Shown: positions 28,216-43,544, counted from the first letter of the stretch. The stretch is 64,000 nucleotides of DNA from the human T2T-CHM13v2.0 reference genome, Homo sapiens (GCF_009914755.1 NC_060925.1); one strand, 5' to 3'. Made by a program: numbers and translations. Notes: generated from the letters alone by a model not told the origin.

Positions 28216-28844
28216 AGTTTAGAGTTAAATACTGACTGCTCTTGGGAACTTTGAGGTATTCTGAGGGATATAAATAACACGAAGAGAATAGCACATTGGC
28301 TTGAAGCAGATTAGAGTCTGCTACCTGCGTGAATACTTGCTTTTCATGAACTATGAGGATGCCCTTAGCTTTTGAACCACTTCTACTTGTGTTGAAATTT
28401 ACCCTTTAATTTTGGGGTTTGACAGGCTCTGCCCTTCTGTTATGCTTGAGTCTGGCTTTTCCTACTCTGACTCACTTTGATTCTTGACCTCTGAATCTTA
28501 TTCCTGTTTTACAATAAACACACATCGCACATACGCCAATTAGTAGAGTGGAAGAGGGAAAAATTGCCAAGGAACTATGTTTAATTTTGTTCCTTTCGCA
28601 AACCAGACACCATAACAGAAAAATTTTAGGAACATGTGCATGTTCAGTAGCCTTCAATGCAATTATACTGGTTATTAAAAAGTGTTGGATAATCAATATT
28701 TTTTAAAGATTCACTAGTCCCTTCTGATAATTTTAGAACTTTGGGAAGTAATAATACAAATGTATTTTTAGCTGTGTCCTTTAATCTTTTACTGTTTCCT
28801 CTATGTGTGGTGTTTGGTTTGTGTGTGTGTGATAATTATTATAA

Positions 28845-29195
<351 letters not shown>

Positions 29196-29599
29196 TGCAT
29201 GACCTTTTAACTTGTCTCATACACTCAATATTCTCAAGATATACCTTCCAAAGTGAAAAATTATGGCACTTTGCAGCCCTGACCACTAACTGAGAACTTT
29301 GATGCTTTGGATTTTGGAGACCTCATTTTATCACCTGGTCCTTTTACTTCATGACTTGTCATGCTGCCACCTTTTGATGGGATTGAGATCAAGATAATAA
29401 TTCCCAACTGGTCAGGAATATTGTGCCCCTTTGTTTTTATATCCAGATGCAATAGAGCCTCTGACACACCACTACTATTGTTCTTAGGATTTGGAACAAA
29501 ATGCTTCTTTCTTTGACAAAATAAATGTTTTCTTTAAAGAACTCTTGATTGATCCTGGACCATTGTAGAAACTGAAGTCCTATCAATGCAAAAAAATAT

Positions 29600-30214
29600 G
29601 ACAACATGAGCTGCTTATCATGAAATAAGTGTTTTCCAATTAACTATCCTGCTTCATCAGCAGGTAGGAATAATAGAATCTATACCTATGTCTTCATGGG
29701 AAGTTCTCTATGGCCAGTTGATTAGTGAGGGAAAAATTGAGCCTGATTTACAGAAGTCACTGTACAACATCACAGCAGCAGCCAAAAGTAGATTGCTTAG
29801 GCATTATAACCTACGTGAATGCAATTTTAAAAGAAATTCAGCCTATGTAATTGGTTGTCCACGATGTCTAGGAGAGATATTATTGATGTATATGTGGCAG
29901 CTAATAATTTGTCTAGATAATTAAGGACTTGGGGCCAGGCCTGATGGCTCACACCTGTAATCCCAGAACTTTTGGAGGACAGGACAGGTGGATTGTCTGA
30001 GGTCAGGAGTTCGAAACCAGCCTGGCTGACATGGTGAAACTCCGTCTCTACTAAAAATACAAAAATTAGCCAGATGTGGTGGTGTGTGCCTGCAATCCTA
30101 GCTACTTGGGAGGCTGAGGCAGGAGAATCTCTTGAATCCAGGAGGAAGAAGTTGCAGTGAACCAAGATTGCACCACTGCACTCCAGCCTGGGCAACAAAG
30201 CGAAACTCTGTCTC

Positions 30215-30247
<33 letters not shown>

Positions 30248-31465
30248 TAATTAGGGACTCGGAAAGACAAAGACTGAAGGATTGGTGGCAATGAGTTTTG
30301 GGGAAAAAATATGTAGATGAACCACAGAAAATGAGCCAGAGTGTAAGAATATTTGTGCTTAATACGAATGCTCACCAAACTATCATCAGGAAGGTTATCA
30401 AATAGATATGAAGGTATGAAACAATCTCTTTCACCAGGCACTACATTGCTTGCTCAGAAGGCTAATAAACAGCAACATTGGTGGTAGCAGTAGAGAATAC
30501 ACATAGGTTTAGCAACATGTTGGACTTTACCACTCTCGCTTACAAAAGCCTATTTAGCTGTCAAGACTATTAGGTGTCCAACACACAAGCAACAAAGTCC
30601 AAGGCTAAGCACACAATAACATATCCTGGGTGAATAAATCAGTCACCTTTTGTCAGACTTGTTGATTTTATTGGAGCTCCTCTATGATAAAGGCAACAAG
30701 GAATTTTGTAAATGGAATCTACCTTCATCCTTGAATTACATTTGCTTTACCTGACATCATTTTTCTCTGATCGCCACTCTCCACGGGTACATTGAATGCC
30801 TTATATATACTGCCATAATATCCTGTTCTACATCCTTCTATTAAAAGAACTTGTTGTATAACAAATGAGTAGATATTCATTGGACTCACCTGGTCCACCA
30901 TTTATCCTATCACTAACCAAAATTATTATTATTATAGAATGGTGAATATTTTATTAAAGACTCAATCACAGTGCCAGCTGGAGACAATGGCTTATAAGAT
31001 TGTACTCATGCTAGAGGATGTGGTGGTGTATCCTCTGAACTAGTAACTAAGTATAAGCTTGTCTGGTGTCTCCCATATAAAAAATACAACAATCTTTGAT
31101 ATTTGTTATGAATGTTGAAGTGACTCCTTTTGTCATTACATCTAATGATCCACTCCAAATACTTGTCTCTTGTCTCTGAGATTCTAGGTTTTTGCAGAAT
31201 TAGTACCCAAAGGGAGAGTCTTAGCAGTATTCCATTTTACAATCCATCCTTCGTTAGAGGATGAGAGACTTCTATCTAGCCTTTTAGGTTGCCTGAGACC
31301 TTTAAACAAACAGTCAAAAATTTAAAATTTAAAATGCGGCTACACTGTTGCATGGGGTAGTAAATCTTGACCTTAAAACTGGTATTTGTAAGAAAAACAG
31401 AAAGAATTCAGGGATCCCCTTTGATGGCTCCTAATTCTATACAGTCCTGTAAATATTCCTGAAGA
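29600..31465 (+). mobile_element. Highly decayed ERVL-class internal (pol/integrase) sequence, interrupted by an Alu at 29932-30245
   Basis: ~30470-30530 resembles the ERVL integrase N-terminal GHGGRDGGYAWAQQHGLP-coding DNA; ~31405-31450 resembles the ERVL internal 3' region. Recognised by eye only. Confidence 0.45.
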
Positions 31466-31467
31466 CT

Positions 31468-31631
31468 AACCAGGCGTGGTGGTGCACACCTGTAATCCCA
31501 GCTACTCCAGAGGCTGAGGAAGAGAATCACTTGAACCTGGGAGGCGGAGGTTGCAATGAGCTGAGATTGTACCACTTCACTCCAGCCTGGGTGACAGAGC
31601 AAAACTCTGTCTCCAAAAAAAAAAAAAAGAA

Positions 31632-31680
<49 letters not shown>

Positions 31681-31681
31681 A

Positions 31682-31737
<56 letters not shown>

Positions 31738-31739
31738 AA
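31468..31739 (+). mobile_element. Alu right arm with long (GAAA)n STR tail
   Basis: Alu body to ~31614, then A tract and >25 GAAA units. Confidence 0.88.
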
Positions 31740-31997
31740 TGAAGACTGCCAAAGCTTGGAAGCAACCAAGATGTCCTTCAATAAGTGACTGCATAAGCAA
31801 ACTGTGGTATATTCCTACAGTGGAATATTATTCAGTGCTAAAAGGAAAAAACTATCAAGCCACAAAAAGATACAGAAAAAACAAAGACATTTTGCTAAGT
31901 GAAAGAAGCCAGTCTGAAAAGGGTACATACTGTGATTTCAACTATACGACATTCTGGAAAAGGCCAAACTATAAAGACAGTAAAAAGATCAGTGGTT

Positions 31998-32763
31998 ATC
32001 TTTGCAGACGCCACCATCGCTGTGAGCCCTGTACTATCAGCCATGGTCAACTCCGTCGTCTTTTTTGACATCACCGTCGACGGCAAGCCCTTGGGCCGCA
32101 TCTCCATCAAACTGTTTGCAGACAAGATTCCAAAGACAGCAGAAAACTTTCGTGCTCTGAGCACTGGAGAGAAAGGATTTCGTTATAAGGGTTCCTGCTT
32201 TCACAGAATTATTCCAGGGTTTATGTGTCAGGGTGGTGACTTCACACGCCCTAATGGCACCGGTGACAAGTCCATCTATGGGGAGAAATTTGATGATGAG
32301 AACCTCATCCGAAAGCATACAGGTTCTGGCATCTTGTCCATGGCAAATGCTGGACCCAACACAAATGGTTCCCAGTTTTTCATCTGCACTGCCAAGACTG
32401 AGTGGTTGGATGGCAAGCATGTGGCCTTTGGCAAGGTGAAAGAACGTGTGAATATTGTGGAAGCCATGGAGCACTTTGGGTACAGGAATAGCAAGACCAG
32501 CAAGAAGATCACCATTGCTGACTGTGGACAATTCTAATGAGTTTGACTTGTGTTTTATTTTCACCACCAGACCCATTCCTTCTGTAGCTCAGGAGAGCAC
32601 CCCTCCACCACATTTGCTTGCAATATCCTAGAATCTCTGTGCTCTTGCTGCAGTTCCCTTTGGGTTCCATGTTTTCCTTGTTCCCTTCCATGCCTAGCTG
32701 GATTGCAGAGTTGAGTTAAGTTTATGATTATGAAATAAAAACTAAGTAACAACAACAACAACA
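31998..32763 (+). mobile_element. Processed PPIA retrocopy (5'UTR + CDS + 3'UTR + decayed tail) with 16-bp TSD
   Basis: AAAAAGATCAGTGGTT (31982-31997) / AAAAAGCTCAGTGGTT (32764-32779); AATAAA 32734-32739; tail decayed to (AAC)n. Confidence 0.92.
32043..32537 (+). CDS. PPIAL4C: Peptidyl-prolyl cis-trans isomerase A-like 4 (cyclophilin A retrogene), 164 aa, intronless
   Basis: GCCATGG Kozak ATG at 32043; [19 protein letters not shown]...CGQF is colinear with PPIA (22 substitutions, last residue lost). Family PPIAL4 is certain; the letter C is inferred. Confidence 0.92.
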   Translation: MVNSVVFFDITVDGKPLGRISIKLFADKIPKTAENFRALSTGEKGFRYKGSCFHRIIPGFMCQGGDFTRPNGTGDKSIYGEKFDDENLIRKHTGSGILSMANAGPNTNGSQFFICTAKTEWLDGKHVAFGKVKERVNIVEAMEHFGYRNSKTSKKITIADCGQF

Positions 32764-33639
32764 AAAAAGCTCAGTGGTTGCCAGGAGTTTGGGGATGGGT
32801 AGGGAGATAAATAGTTCTGAAACAGGCGATTTTTAGGGGATTGAAAATACGTTGGTAATAATGTAATGATGGGTACATGACATTATGCGTTTTGCAAAAC
32901 TCCTAGACCTGTACCACACAAAGAGTGAACCCTAATGTAAACTGGGGGTGGGATAAAGGTGACAGTATGTGAGAACTCTGTACTTTCTGCTCGATCTTTC
33001 CATAAAGCTAAAACTGCTCAAAAAATAAAGTCTATTATTTTGTTAAATGAAAGAAATTAACAATGACCATGGCACGCTCACACAAAAAGATTACCAAGGA
33101 CATTTCTCTGTCAGGAATGAATATTTGGTCATCTCACAAGGCAAAACCCTGACTAGCAGAGGTGTTAGCTGAGGGCACATGGCCATAGATGCCAATAGTG
33201 ACCTGCTGGCCACTTGCAGAAAGGAGAGCCTTGACATCCAAACACATTGTTTCTCTTGTATTGTCCTGTGCATACTTATGTATCTTAACAACTTTCCTTC
33301 CTTCCTCTCCATTTATCCCTCTTTTTAAAACAGGGCTTATTGAGGGTGATTAACTTAATTTTTAAATGATATATGGCAGAATGTCAAGAGAGTATAGTGA
33401 AGAACTTCGTAGAGGAATGGACATAACCCAGAATTCTTAGACTTAGAGTACATGCTGTGATTGAGAATTTTTTATTGTTTCATTGTTCAAGAGATTGTAG
33501 GTACATGTTCAATTATTAGAGAAATAGTTGCACTCTGTTAGAAGGAAGCTTGGGTCTTTCGTGTTTACTTTCAAAAGGGAAAGTTTATATTGATATTGAG
33601 CAAGTTAAAGCATGAATATTTATTATTTGATGTTTGTTT

Positions 33640-34175
33640 CTGTGTTTGAGGAATTCCTCAGCCTCTCAGTTTTGATGAAAACAAGAAACCACCTCCTGCT
33701 TTAGAAGCTAAAATGCCAAATGCTTGCTTTCTCAGCCTCCTTTGCAGCTAGGGTACAAGCATATGACTTAGGTTTTGCCAATCTGTTTGCCAGTGCTGAA
33801 TTTCGACTTCGGAATTAATAAAAAAAGAAGCAGATTCAGTTATGCTTTCTCTTGTTTCTGGTGGAGGCCATGTAGCAGCTGCTACAATATCTGTTGCAAA
33901 GCAAACAAGTGGGAGTGGTGCTGGTGGCTTTGCAGTTAGCCTAGGATTGAGCAATTGCTGCAATTGTTGCTCTCTGCATCTTTGGTGTTACTTCTTACTG
34001 GTGGTGACAGTGGTTTCCTCCCTGGATGAGTTCTACAGCATGGTTTGGGGTACATTTCCTGGCTGCCTAGCTTTGATCTGGCTCTCTAGCCTTCTCAACA
34101 GTTCTACAAGTTCCCCACTATTTCTGTGATAAACCTATTTATTGTTAATGTCAGCCATAATTGGCTTCTGTGGTT
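33640..34175 (+). mobile_element. ERVL LTR (LTR16/LTR33-like)
   Basis: CTCAGCCTCCTTTGCAGCTAGGG..CATATGACTTAGG motif typical of LTR16/33. Confidence 0.5.
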
Positions 34176-34262
34176 TATATTTTTTAAAATTCCAAGATAT
34201 ACCAGCGTAACAGATAGCTCAACAAACATATGTCTTTTTAAATTAAGATATATTCTGTGTCA

Positions 34263-34685
<423 letters not shown>

Positions 34686-35276
34686 CTAAGGTTCTTGAAT
34701 AAGCAGAAAATAATTTAGGTAAAAACCAAATAATAAACTAACATTCTGAAAGGTTTAGGATTTGGAGGCCCAAATGTCTTAGCTAAAAGTGTTCATTCTA
34801 ACCTCACAGGAAAATTGAAATATGAAAATATACAGAAAAATCTTAGGCAGTATATGTCAATTTTAAGAAACAACTATTTACAGGTTTTTCAACAGGCATT
34901 ACATTAAAAATGAAATATGTAGTTAATAAATATGAAAACTGTGGATATAATCAACACATTTATTTTACTTCTTGAAGTGTTAACATGTGCTGTCTCAAAT
35001 ATCAACAGTGTACACGTGAGAAAAAACATTTTACATAGATTTTCTGCGACAGAAAACAGCATCTCATTAGACATCCCAAGTTTTTTCATTTGGAACACAC
35101 ACCCATTCCCCAGTATACTAGGGGTAATAATAATTTAAAGAGTTTAATTACTTTTTACTACTAGAAAACTAATTTTATGTTTGGCACAAATTTCTGAAAT
35201 GATATTCCACTGCAAAGAATAATACCTATATATGGCCAGAATTACTTTTTTTCTATAACATTAAGATAATACTTGT

Positions 35277-35545
<269 letters not shown>

Positions 35546-36506
35546 TCATTTGACCTTCCCTGACTCCCTGATGAATTTTAGTTTGAATTTTTGCTATAGT
35601 CCAGAAGTTAATTTAAAAGATCTTAAAATTTCCACCTGCCTAGATATTACTTATTTGTTACACTTTAGTCCATGATTTCTATTGTCATTTACATTACCCC
35701 AAAAATATGACCTGCTGAATTTCTGCTGTCATGAATTGACTAACATATTTTGGGCCTAATACCTTCACATTTAGAATGTTTTTGTTTTGTATTGGAAAAT
35801 ATTGTAAGTCCTCCATTTATTGGTCAAAAGCACTGCCTATTTATTTCCATGCTTAATCAGAGAGACTTTCTAATAGTTATTTAATATTATTTACGTTCAT
35901 TCACTTGTTGACTATAATGACGTTAGTTGCTATGATATTTTTAGGTCATTAATATAATAAAAATATGTCAACTTTTCTCTTCCAATGTGTCTTTGGGTTA
36001 TTAATTTTTAACTCAGGTATCAAGCTTGTAAAATGTTTAATGGCTTATAATAATGTCTAACACATAGTATCCACTGAGTTCTGATAACTCCGGTTTATCA
36101 AATTCTCTTTTTTTGTACCATTCTCCAAATGCAATGCTATTTGGTTTTATTTTTATTTTTTAAAAATGTGCTGCCTGTTTTGAGTCTCTAAAAGTGTGAA
36201 ATGCTCAGCATTTCCCAAATGTATTTGAACATGGAGTGTTATATTTACTAAAAAGTTAACAAGCAAGTATTCCCCTAAACACTCTAGCAAATACTACTAG
36301 TACAGACAAATTATGATGTAACATTATAGTACATTTTAACTTATTAGGTTAATTTTGGTTGCAAACAATCAAAATTCAAAATGGCTTGTATAATAAAGAG
36401 ATTTTGAACAATAGTATAGGCTCAAGATAGTTTAATGCAGAAGTTTAATAATGACACAAAATAAATGCTTCTTGTCCTCCCTGTTTCTTCACTCTACCTT
36501 AAGTGA

Positions 36507-36868
36507 TATAGATTGAATGTTTGTAGTCCCCCAAAATTTGTATGTTTAAATCTAATCCCTAGTGTGATGATATTTGGCAGTGGGTCTTCGGGGGGTGATT
36601 AGGTCATGAGGACAGAGCCCTCATGAATGGGATTAGTGCCCTTATAAAAGAGACCTTAGAGAACTTCCTAGCCCCTTCCACCATGTGAGGACACAGCAAA
36701 AAGACAGCTGTCTGTGAACCAGGAAACAAATCCTCATTAGACCCTGAATCTGTTGACACCTTGATCTTGGACTTCCTGGCCTCTAGAACTGTAAGAAATA
36801 AATTTATGTTGTTCATAAACCATCCAGGCTGTGATATTCTGGTATAGCGACCTGAAAGGACTAAGACA
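36507..36868 (+). mobile_element. MLT1A-like MaLR LTR
   Basis: Same motifs as the 16.4-kb copy; ends GGACTAAGACA. Confidence 0.75.
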
Positions 36869-39242
36869 TTAGGTCTCAGTTTTATTCTATGGCTTAAAAT
36901 ATCATGTCATGAGTAGACAACTTCCAATCCTAGTACCTCGTGCTTCCTCTGCTGCATTTGGAAAGAAGGCATTTACCCCTTCAATCATGGAATGAAAAAG
37001 TTGTACTTCATTCTGATTTGATTAGCAGAAGGCACAGGTTCCTTCATGCACCAATTACAATGACCAAGAATTGGGCATGGGACTCATGTCACTTAAACAT
37101 TGTGAAGCTGAGAAATTCATTATTTGGTTAGGAGTGTGTGAGAGCAGGGAACACTGAATGCTTGAGACACCACCACGATGTCCACTACATGTATTTCCAT
37201 TTCAGTAAACATTTCCATTAAGATAATGCTAGAACAAAATCAGAGGAGTAGATCTTGGTGTCCCCAACTTTTGTTGACCTAACAAAGTGAAGTTGCTTCA
37301 ACTGGACACTTCTGAACCACATTTATGCCTATATGTTCAGTTCAAATTTATTATAAGCAATTTTCAGGTCCATATGTTTAGGATATTTCATTTGTTTGGT
37401 TATGCATTATATGTATACATGTTTTTAACATACATACGCCTCTACATATATTTTGGAGGCCTTTACACAAAAGTGTTTTCCCTAAAGGGAGAAGAGAAAA
37501 GTTGAATGCAGAAGTAGAAAAAAAGATTCATTTGCACTTGTAGTATTTATAGCTAAATATTTTATATTACAGATGTATTAAAATTTTTATAATTTTAAAC
37601 ACTACTTTAAAACAGGGAGATGGTTTACCTTCAAAAAATTTGGCTCTCAACTCAAAGTTATCAAAGTATATCCTAGATGTAGTTTGCTTGTCAGGCTTCT
37701 ACATGAAAATCTAAAATGCTCCTGCATTTCAGAATGAGCCTAACATATGTAATTGCACTCATCCACTATGTCTACATTGCCAACCAAATACTGACAGAGA
37801 GAGCTAGAGTGCCACAGAGAGCTGGCAGTTCCTCTGTTTGCATTAGCTTCTACTTGCTTCTTCATCTTTCCTCTATGTCTGACACATTTCATGTTACTGT
37901 TTTTAAATGTTCCCTTAGCTACAGAGCTAATGTGCTTATATCTGTAAGGGGTCTCATGTGAACCTCTAAATAATTAAAGATTCATTAGCTCCCTGGAGGG
38001 CCACCATGATTTCCAAAACAAGTCACAATACCTAAAGATCTAATTGTACAATTTCCCTCAGAAATAGCCTTGAGAAAGAAGTCACATCACTCAGCAATGA
38101 GTATTATAATTACTCACAGCAGTTTTCATGGTACTATATAACATCCAATTTACAGAATTAAAGGTAATGTAATTCGAAAGAAAAATAGCTGGTTTTAAGG
38201 AATGAAGGGCCATGTCAACTATTGGAAGCATCTTTGAACTGGAGCCTCTATGTTCGGGTTTCACCAGGTTTATGTTTTTAATTAATATCCTATTCAGCTT
38301 GCTGTAATTTCCATTGAGGTTTTCTAGAACAAGACAAGTCAGAAATTGATCTTTAATTATAAGCTAAGAGCAAACTGCCAAAGAACTGAGAGAAATTTTG
38401 AAGAAACAGGTCTATCAGGACTAACCATTTTAAGATAATAAAGACTAATCAGACACACACACATATGCACAAAAAGAGGGAGAGAGAGAACAAAAATCCT
38501 ATGAAATACATTTTAAAAACTTAATTTTTTTAAGAAGAAGCATTTGATCTGCCAAAGAGAAGAGTTAGCAGTTTGGAGATCTGACATTGCTAATCTCAGG
38601 GCAAGAAAATAACAAAATAAGACACCAAAGAATTACCTAAACTGTGGAAGATGAAGCTTTCAGAGTTCTCACAGAGAGATGGGATACTAAAGTACCAAGT
38701 TTAAGAGGTGTAATCTATTAATGTTTAATTTATGTCCCAAATACTTAAAAACTATGTTTCATTGTTATACATATTTATTTTATTATAAAGATAATGAATG
38801 CAGTAGGGTTAGATTTAAATAATTCATTGGGTTTAAAATGAGAAATGAAAGTCTGGCTTTTTACAACCTACAGTCTTATCACCAAAGTTAGCTATTGTTA
38901 ATAACTTCTTGTCCATTCTTGTATGTGTTATGGTTTCTTTCTTAGAAAGAAGTATGCTATACTAGTATACATGCTATTTATTCATGAACCTTGCACTTAT
39001 CATGTAATCATATGTCTTAGTGGTCTTTTCATAATAGATGTCTCTCTTTCCCACGCTGTCAGTGGTGATTGCATGAGGCATTGTACAGACGTACCAATAA
39101 TTACTTACTCTGTGTCATATTGTTGGTTATTCAGATTGTTTTCACTTTGTCCTTGCAGACAACACTGCAACGAACATACTTATGCATATCTTATTCCAAA
39201 TACATCATCGTGATGGCTGTGTGAGAGAAATATACATTGTTG

Positions 39243-39710
39243 ATTTTATTTTTTTATTTTTTATAATTTCAACTTTTGATTTTAGATACAGTGGGTACAT
39301 GTGCAGGTTTGTTACATGGGTATGTTGTGTAATGCTGAGGTTTGCGGCATGATTGATCCGATCACTCAGGTACTAGACATAGTAGTTGTTTTTCAACCTT
39401 TACCCCCTCCCTCCTTCTACCCTCGAGTAGTCCCCAGTTTCTATTGTTCCCATCTTTGTGTCCACGTGTACTCAATGTTTAGCTCCTGCTTATAAGTGAG
39501 AATATGTGGTATTTGGTTTTCTATTCCTGTGTTAATTCGCTTAGCATAATGGCATCGAGTTGCATCCATGTTGCTGTAAAGGACATGATTTTATTCTTTT
39601 TTATGGCTGCAAAGTATTCCATGACATATATGTACCATATTTTCTTTATCCAAGCCACAGTTGATGGGCACCTAGGTTGATTCCATGTCTTAGCGATTGT
39701 GAATTACACT
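39243..39710 (-). mobile_element. L1PA/L1PB (older primate) 3'UTR fragment
   Basis: GGTACATGTGCAGGTTTGTTACATGGG..GGGCACCTAGGTTGATTCCATGTC. Confidence 0.8.
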
Positions 39711-40056
39711 GCTGATTTTAATAGAAACCACTAATTTTTATGCCAAAAAAATCATCAATGTGCACATGCTCCAAGGCTGTGTGAGCATAGCCCTTTTTCT
39801 TGGGATGTCAACACCACTGGGTTTTATCAAAATATAATTTTTGCCAATTTATTAGTTAACAAATGCTAACTCAGTGCTACTTGGATTTGAACTACCACTG
39901 GTGCTGAGCAACTGTTTACATATTCACTGGCAATTTATTTATCTTTCTCTGTTGTTTATCTTTTTCTGTGTAATAATTTTCCCTATTTCTACTCTTTTAA
40001 ACATTAAGTTTTCACTGTTTCCTTAATAATTTTTAAGTTTAAAAAGTGACCTTTTG

Positions 40057-40393
<337 letters not shown>

Positions 40394-40978
40394 TTATCTT
40401 TTAACAATGGTAATATATAATGTCTTGCTATTTAGAAAGATTTTTAAAAGTATTTTACATAAAGAAATTTTTATTCTTTGCCATTAATACTTGCAGGTTT
40501 GGAATTTTCAGGACCTCCTCAAAGGCCACCTACAGGAAATGCTCTTCAAAGACATTTCACTTTTTCCCCACTTGATTGTGGAGCAAAGACTAACACTGGC
40601 AATGCTTTGAAGTACTTGAGTCAAATGGGTCTCTCATGTGGTCATTACTATACTCACTCTTAGGCTCCAATGCAAATTGTTTCCTTACGCCAACTACTCT
40701 TGCTTTCCTTTAATAGACCTATTCCTCCTGGGCTGTCTGAAACTAACATTTCATTGTAAATAAAGTCCTGCAAGTCCTTGGTATCTCAAAGAACCCTCCT
40801 TCCATTTAGTTTTAGGAGAACTCTCCTCCTAAAACTCTATTCTTCTCCCTGGTGTCCAGATCCCCATTCCTTGCAACAAATGAACTCTTGATTTGAACAC
40901 TGAAGGGAGATAATTGGAAGTTTGACTTTGTGTTCTAGGTTTTCCCTGCCAATATATGCAGCGTCTTTAAAACTAATT

Positions 40979-41100
40979 GGGCTGAGGCAGGAGAACTGCT
41001 TGAACCCAGGAGGAGGAGGTTGCAGTGAGCCGAAATTGCACCATTGAACTCCAGCCTGGGTGATAGAGCAAGGCTCCATCTCAAAAAAAAAAAAAAAAAA
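40979..41100 (+). mobile_element. Alu 3' fragment
   Basis: GGCTGAGGCAGGAGAA..CTC + A tail. Confidence 0.85.
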
Positions 41101-42550
41101 CAGCAAAAAGAAACTTATTAGGTTCAAGAAGTTCGAATGAATTCAACTTAGACAAGCTCTTAAGCAGACATGTTGGAAGTTCCAGAAAAGACAGCTTGGG
41201 AAAATATTTTATTAAAAAAAAAAAAAGACTGTCCTCCACTTCCTCACTCTTTCTTCCCACTTATTTTCACTCCACTGGTGCAGTTTGGTGTCAACTCTCC
41301 TCACTCTACTGAAACTGCTGCAGCCGAGGTTACTAGTTATTTAATTAACAAAAGCAATAGATTTTGTTTTTTTTAATTGCATTATACTCTACTATTTTTT
41401 GACATTTAAACTATTGACAATGTCTTTCTTGAAAATGTGTCCTTTTTGTTTTTTTCAAAACACGACTTTCTCCTTGATGTCCTCCTTTTTCTCTCATTAT
41501 TTCACCTTTACATTCTCTGCTGACACCTTTCACCTTACCAAACCTTAATTAAATGTGTATGCTTCCCAGTCTCCCGTTCTTGGCTCTCTTCCCTTCCCTC
41601 TTATTGATCATTATTGTATTCTGTGATCTCACCAATTCTCTTGGCTTTAACAATAACCAGATGACTCCAGAAAACTATTCAAAATTCCGGACCTATGGAG
41701 ACTTTGCACCCAGATATGTACCAACAACTCAACCTCAGTTATCTCTAATATTATCTCATTAAGTGCCCTCTAACTACAGAATGACTCCTCCTTCTGGGTT
41801 TCCTCTGCCTGAATGGCACCACCATTCAGTGGCCCACGACAAATGTGGACCTCATTTGGAACTTCTCCCTTTCCCTCATGTTTCATTTTCTCTTGGCTAA
41901 AGAGTTATTAGATTCTTCATTTTTAGCTTTTCTCTAGCCTATCTTCAATTTTATAGTGGACAGTTATGTATAACCTATATCCCAGGAGAGAAGGGATATC
42001 TTCTTCTATGCCCCTACTATGAACTAGCATATCCTTTGAGTCCTTTCTTTGTATGAAGCACTGGGGAAATTTAATCAACTTCATAATCACTTATAATCCT
42101 CACAGTAATTTTATGAGATAAGTTCTATTTATTATCCCTATCTTAAGGATGAGGAGACTGTGGTTTAAAGAGCTTAAGTAATTTGGGCAAATCATAAAAG
42201 AAGCAGTGAAGACAGAATTCAAATCTAGGCAACCTGAAATCTGAGCCTGAGCACTTTGCCTCCCTAATAACTATCTCCCTTTGTGAGTTGTATTACAAAG
42301 TTGACAACATTTAGCAACCCTTATTCCCCTCCCCACCCCTATCTCTCTCCAAGAAATCTGCTGTGAGGTAGAGAATGTGTTGATTTTCTCTGCAGTTTTT
42401 AGTGCATAGCATAGGGCTTAGAAAGGAGAAAATGATGAAAAATATTTATTAAAATAATTGTTTTTCTTTGATAGTTGTTATAACCATCGAATTGTGAGTG
42501 CTTAACAATTACTATAAAGGAGAATGGAAATCACAGATCTTTTCACAGAA

Positions 42551-42844
42551 TTTTTTTTTTTTTTTTTTGAGACAGAGTCCAGCTTGTCACCCAGGCTGGA
42601 GTGCAGTGGTGCGATCTCAGCTCACTGCAACCTCCACCTCCTGGGTTTAATCACTTGCCTTGGCCTCCTGAGTAGCTGAGATTACAGGCGTGCACCCCCA
42701 CGCCTGGCTAATTTTTGTATTTTTGGTAGAGATGGGGTTTCACCACATTGGCCAGGCTGGTCTCAAACTCCTGACCTCCAGTGATCCACCCATCTCAGAC
42801 TCCCAAAGAGCTGGGATTATAGGCTTGAACCACCGTGCTGGGCC
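42551..42844 (-). mobile_element. AluS element
   Basis: Reverse Alu; CTTT(T/C)TC(A)CAGA-like repeat on both flanks. Confidence 0.9.
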
Positions 42845-43544
42845 TTTCTCAGAGAATTTATAGTTTACCTGGAAATGTAAACCATATGTACTTAAACTGA
42901 GGGATATTTACAAAAGAGCTTTCTACTTAACCCACAAGAAGCTGTATTCATAACAAAGCAAATCAAGCTTGTTCACAGGCAACTGAATGGAATGAATGGT
43001 TTTGATTGGTCTTGCCAGTTATATTTCTAACAAGAGAAAATTCAATGTGAGCCTCATTTGGAAACAAGATATTACAGAGAGGAAAATTTGGGATTAAGGT
43101 CAGATTTGGTGCAACTATGCTAGATACAGAAAAGGCAAACTTTCAGCTCAATCCCCAGCTAAGTACAAGTTCAATGGTGAAGGCATAAGAAAATGAGCCA
43201 TTATAATAAGTCTGAAATAAGTTTATGATTCCACCTCAATATGGGCATGCAATATATTCTAACATTTAATCCCTGGAAAAAATGATGACATCACACTGAA
43301 ATCTTGACTCATAAGAGAACTTTTTTATGCTGTTCCCTAAGTCAGTTTATTTCTACTTCATTCTTGTGTTAAGGGTAGGCTCAATTCTTACTCATTCAAA
43401 AACGGTATCACCTGAAGCTTTTCTTTAATTCTTGTTTTCTCTGCAGTGAGAAAATTAATCAAGGGGTTAAAATGTATATTAAATTATATATGTATTATAT
43501 GTAAAAGTTATATAATATAGATCAGAGAAGAATATATTGCATAT

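Larger units (their letters stand above)
31740..33040 (+). mobile_element. L1MC/L1MB-type 3' end, host of the PPIA retrocopy
   Basis: GGAAGCAACCAAGATGTCCTTCAATA..; the element resumes after the retrocopy (TCAGTGGTTGCCAGG..) and ends ..AAAACTGCTCAAAAAATAAAGTCTATT. Confidence 0.75.

Noticed and set aside
29827-30441. 204-aa minus-strand ORF and other Alu-containing ORFs
   Set aside because: Largely antisense Alu translation ([16 protein letters not shown]...).
31899-32042. 48-aa N-terminal extension of PPIAL4 in the ORF track
   Set aside because: Starts at GTG inside host L1 sequence and crosses the TSD. The Kozak ATG at 32043 matches the PPIA start.
32037-32576. 179-aa antisense ORF over PPIAL4
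   Set aside because: Shadow ORF of a coding sequence; no independent evidence.
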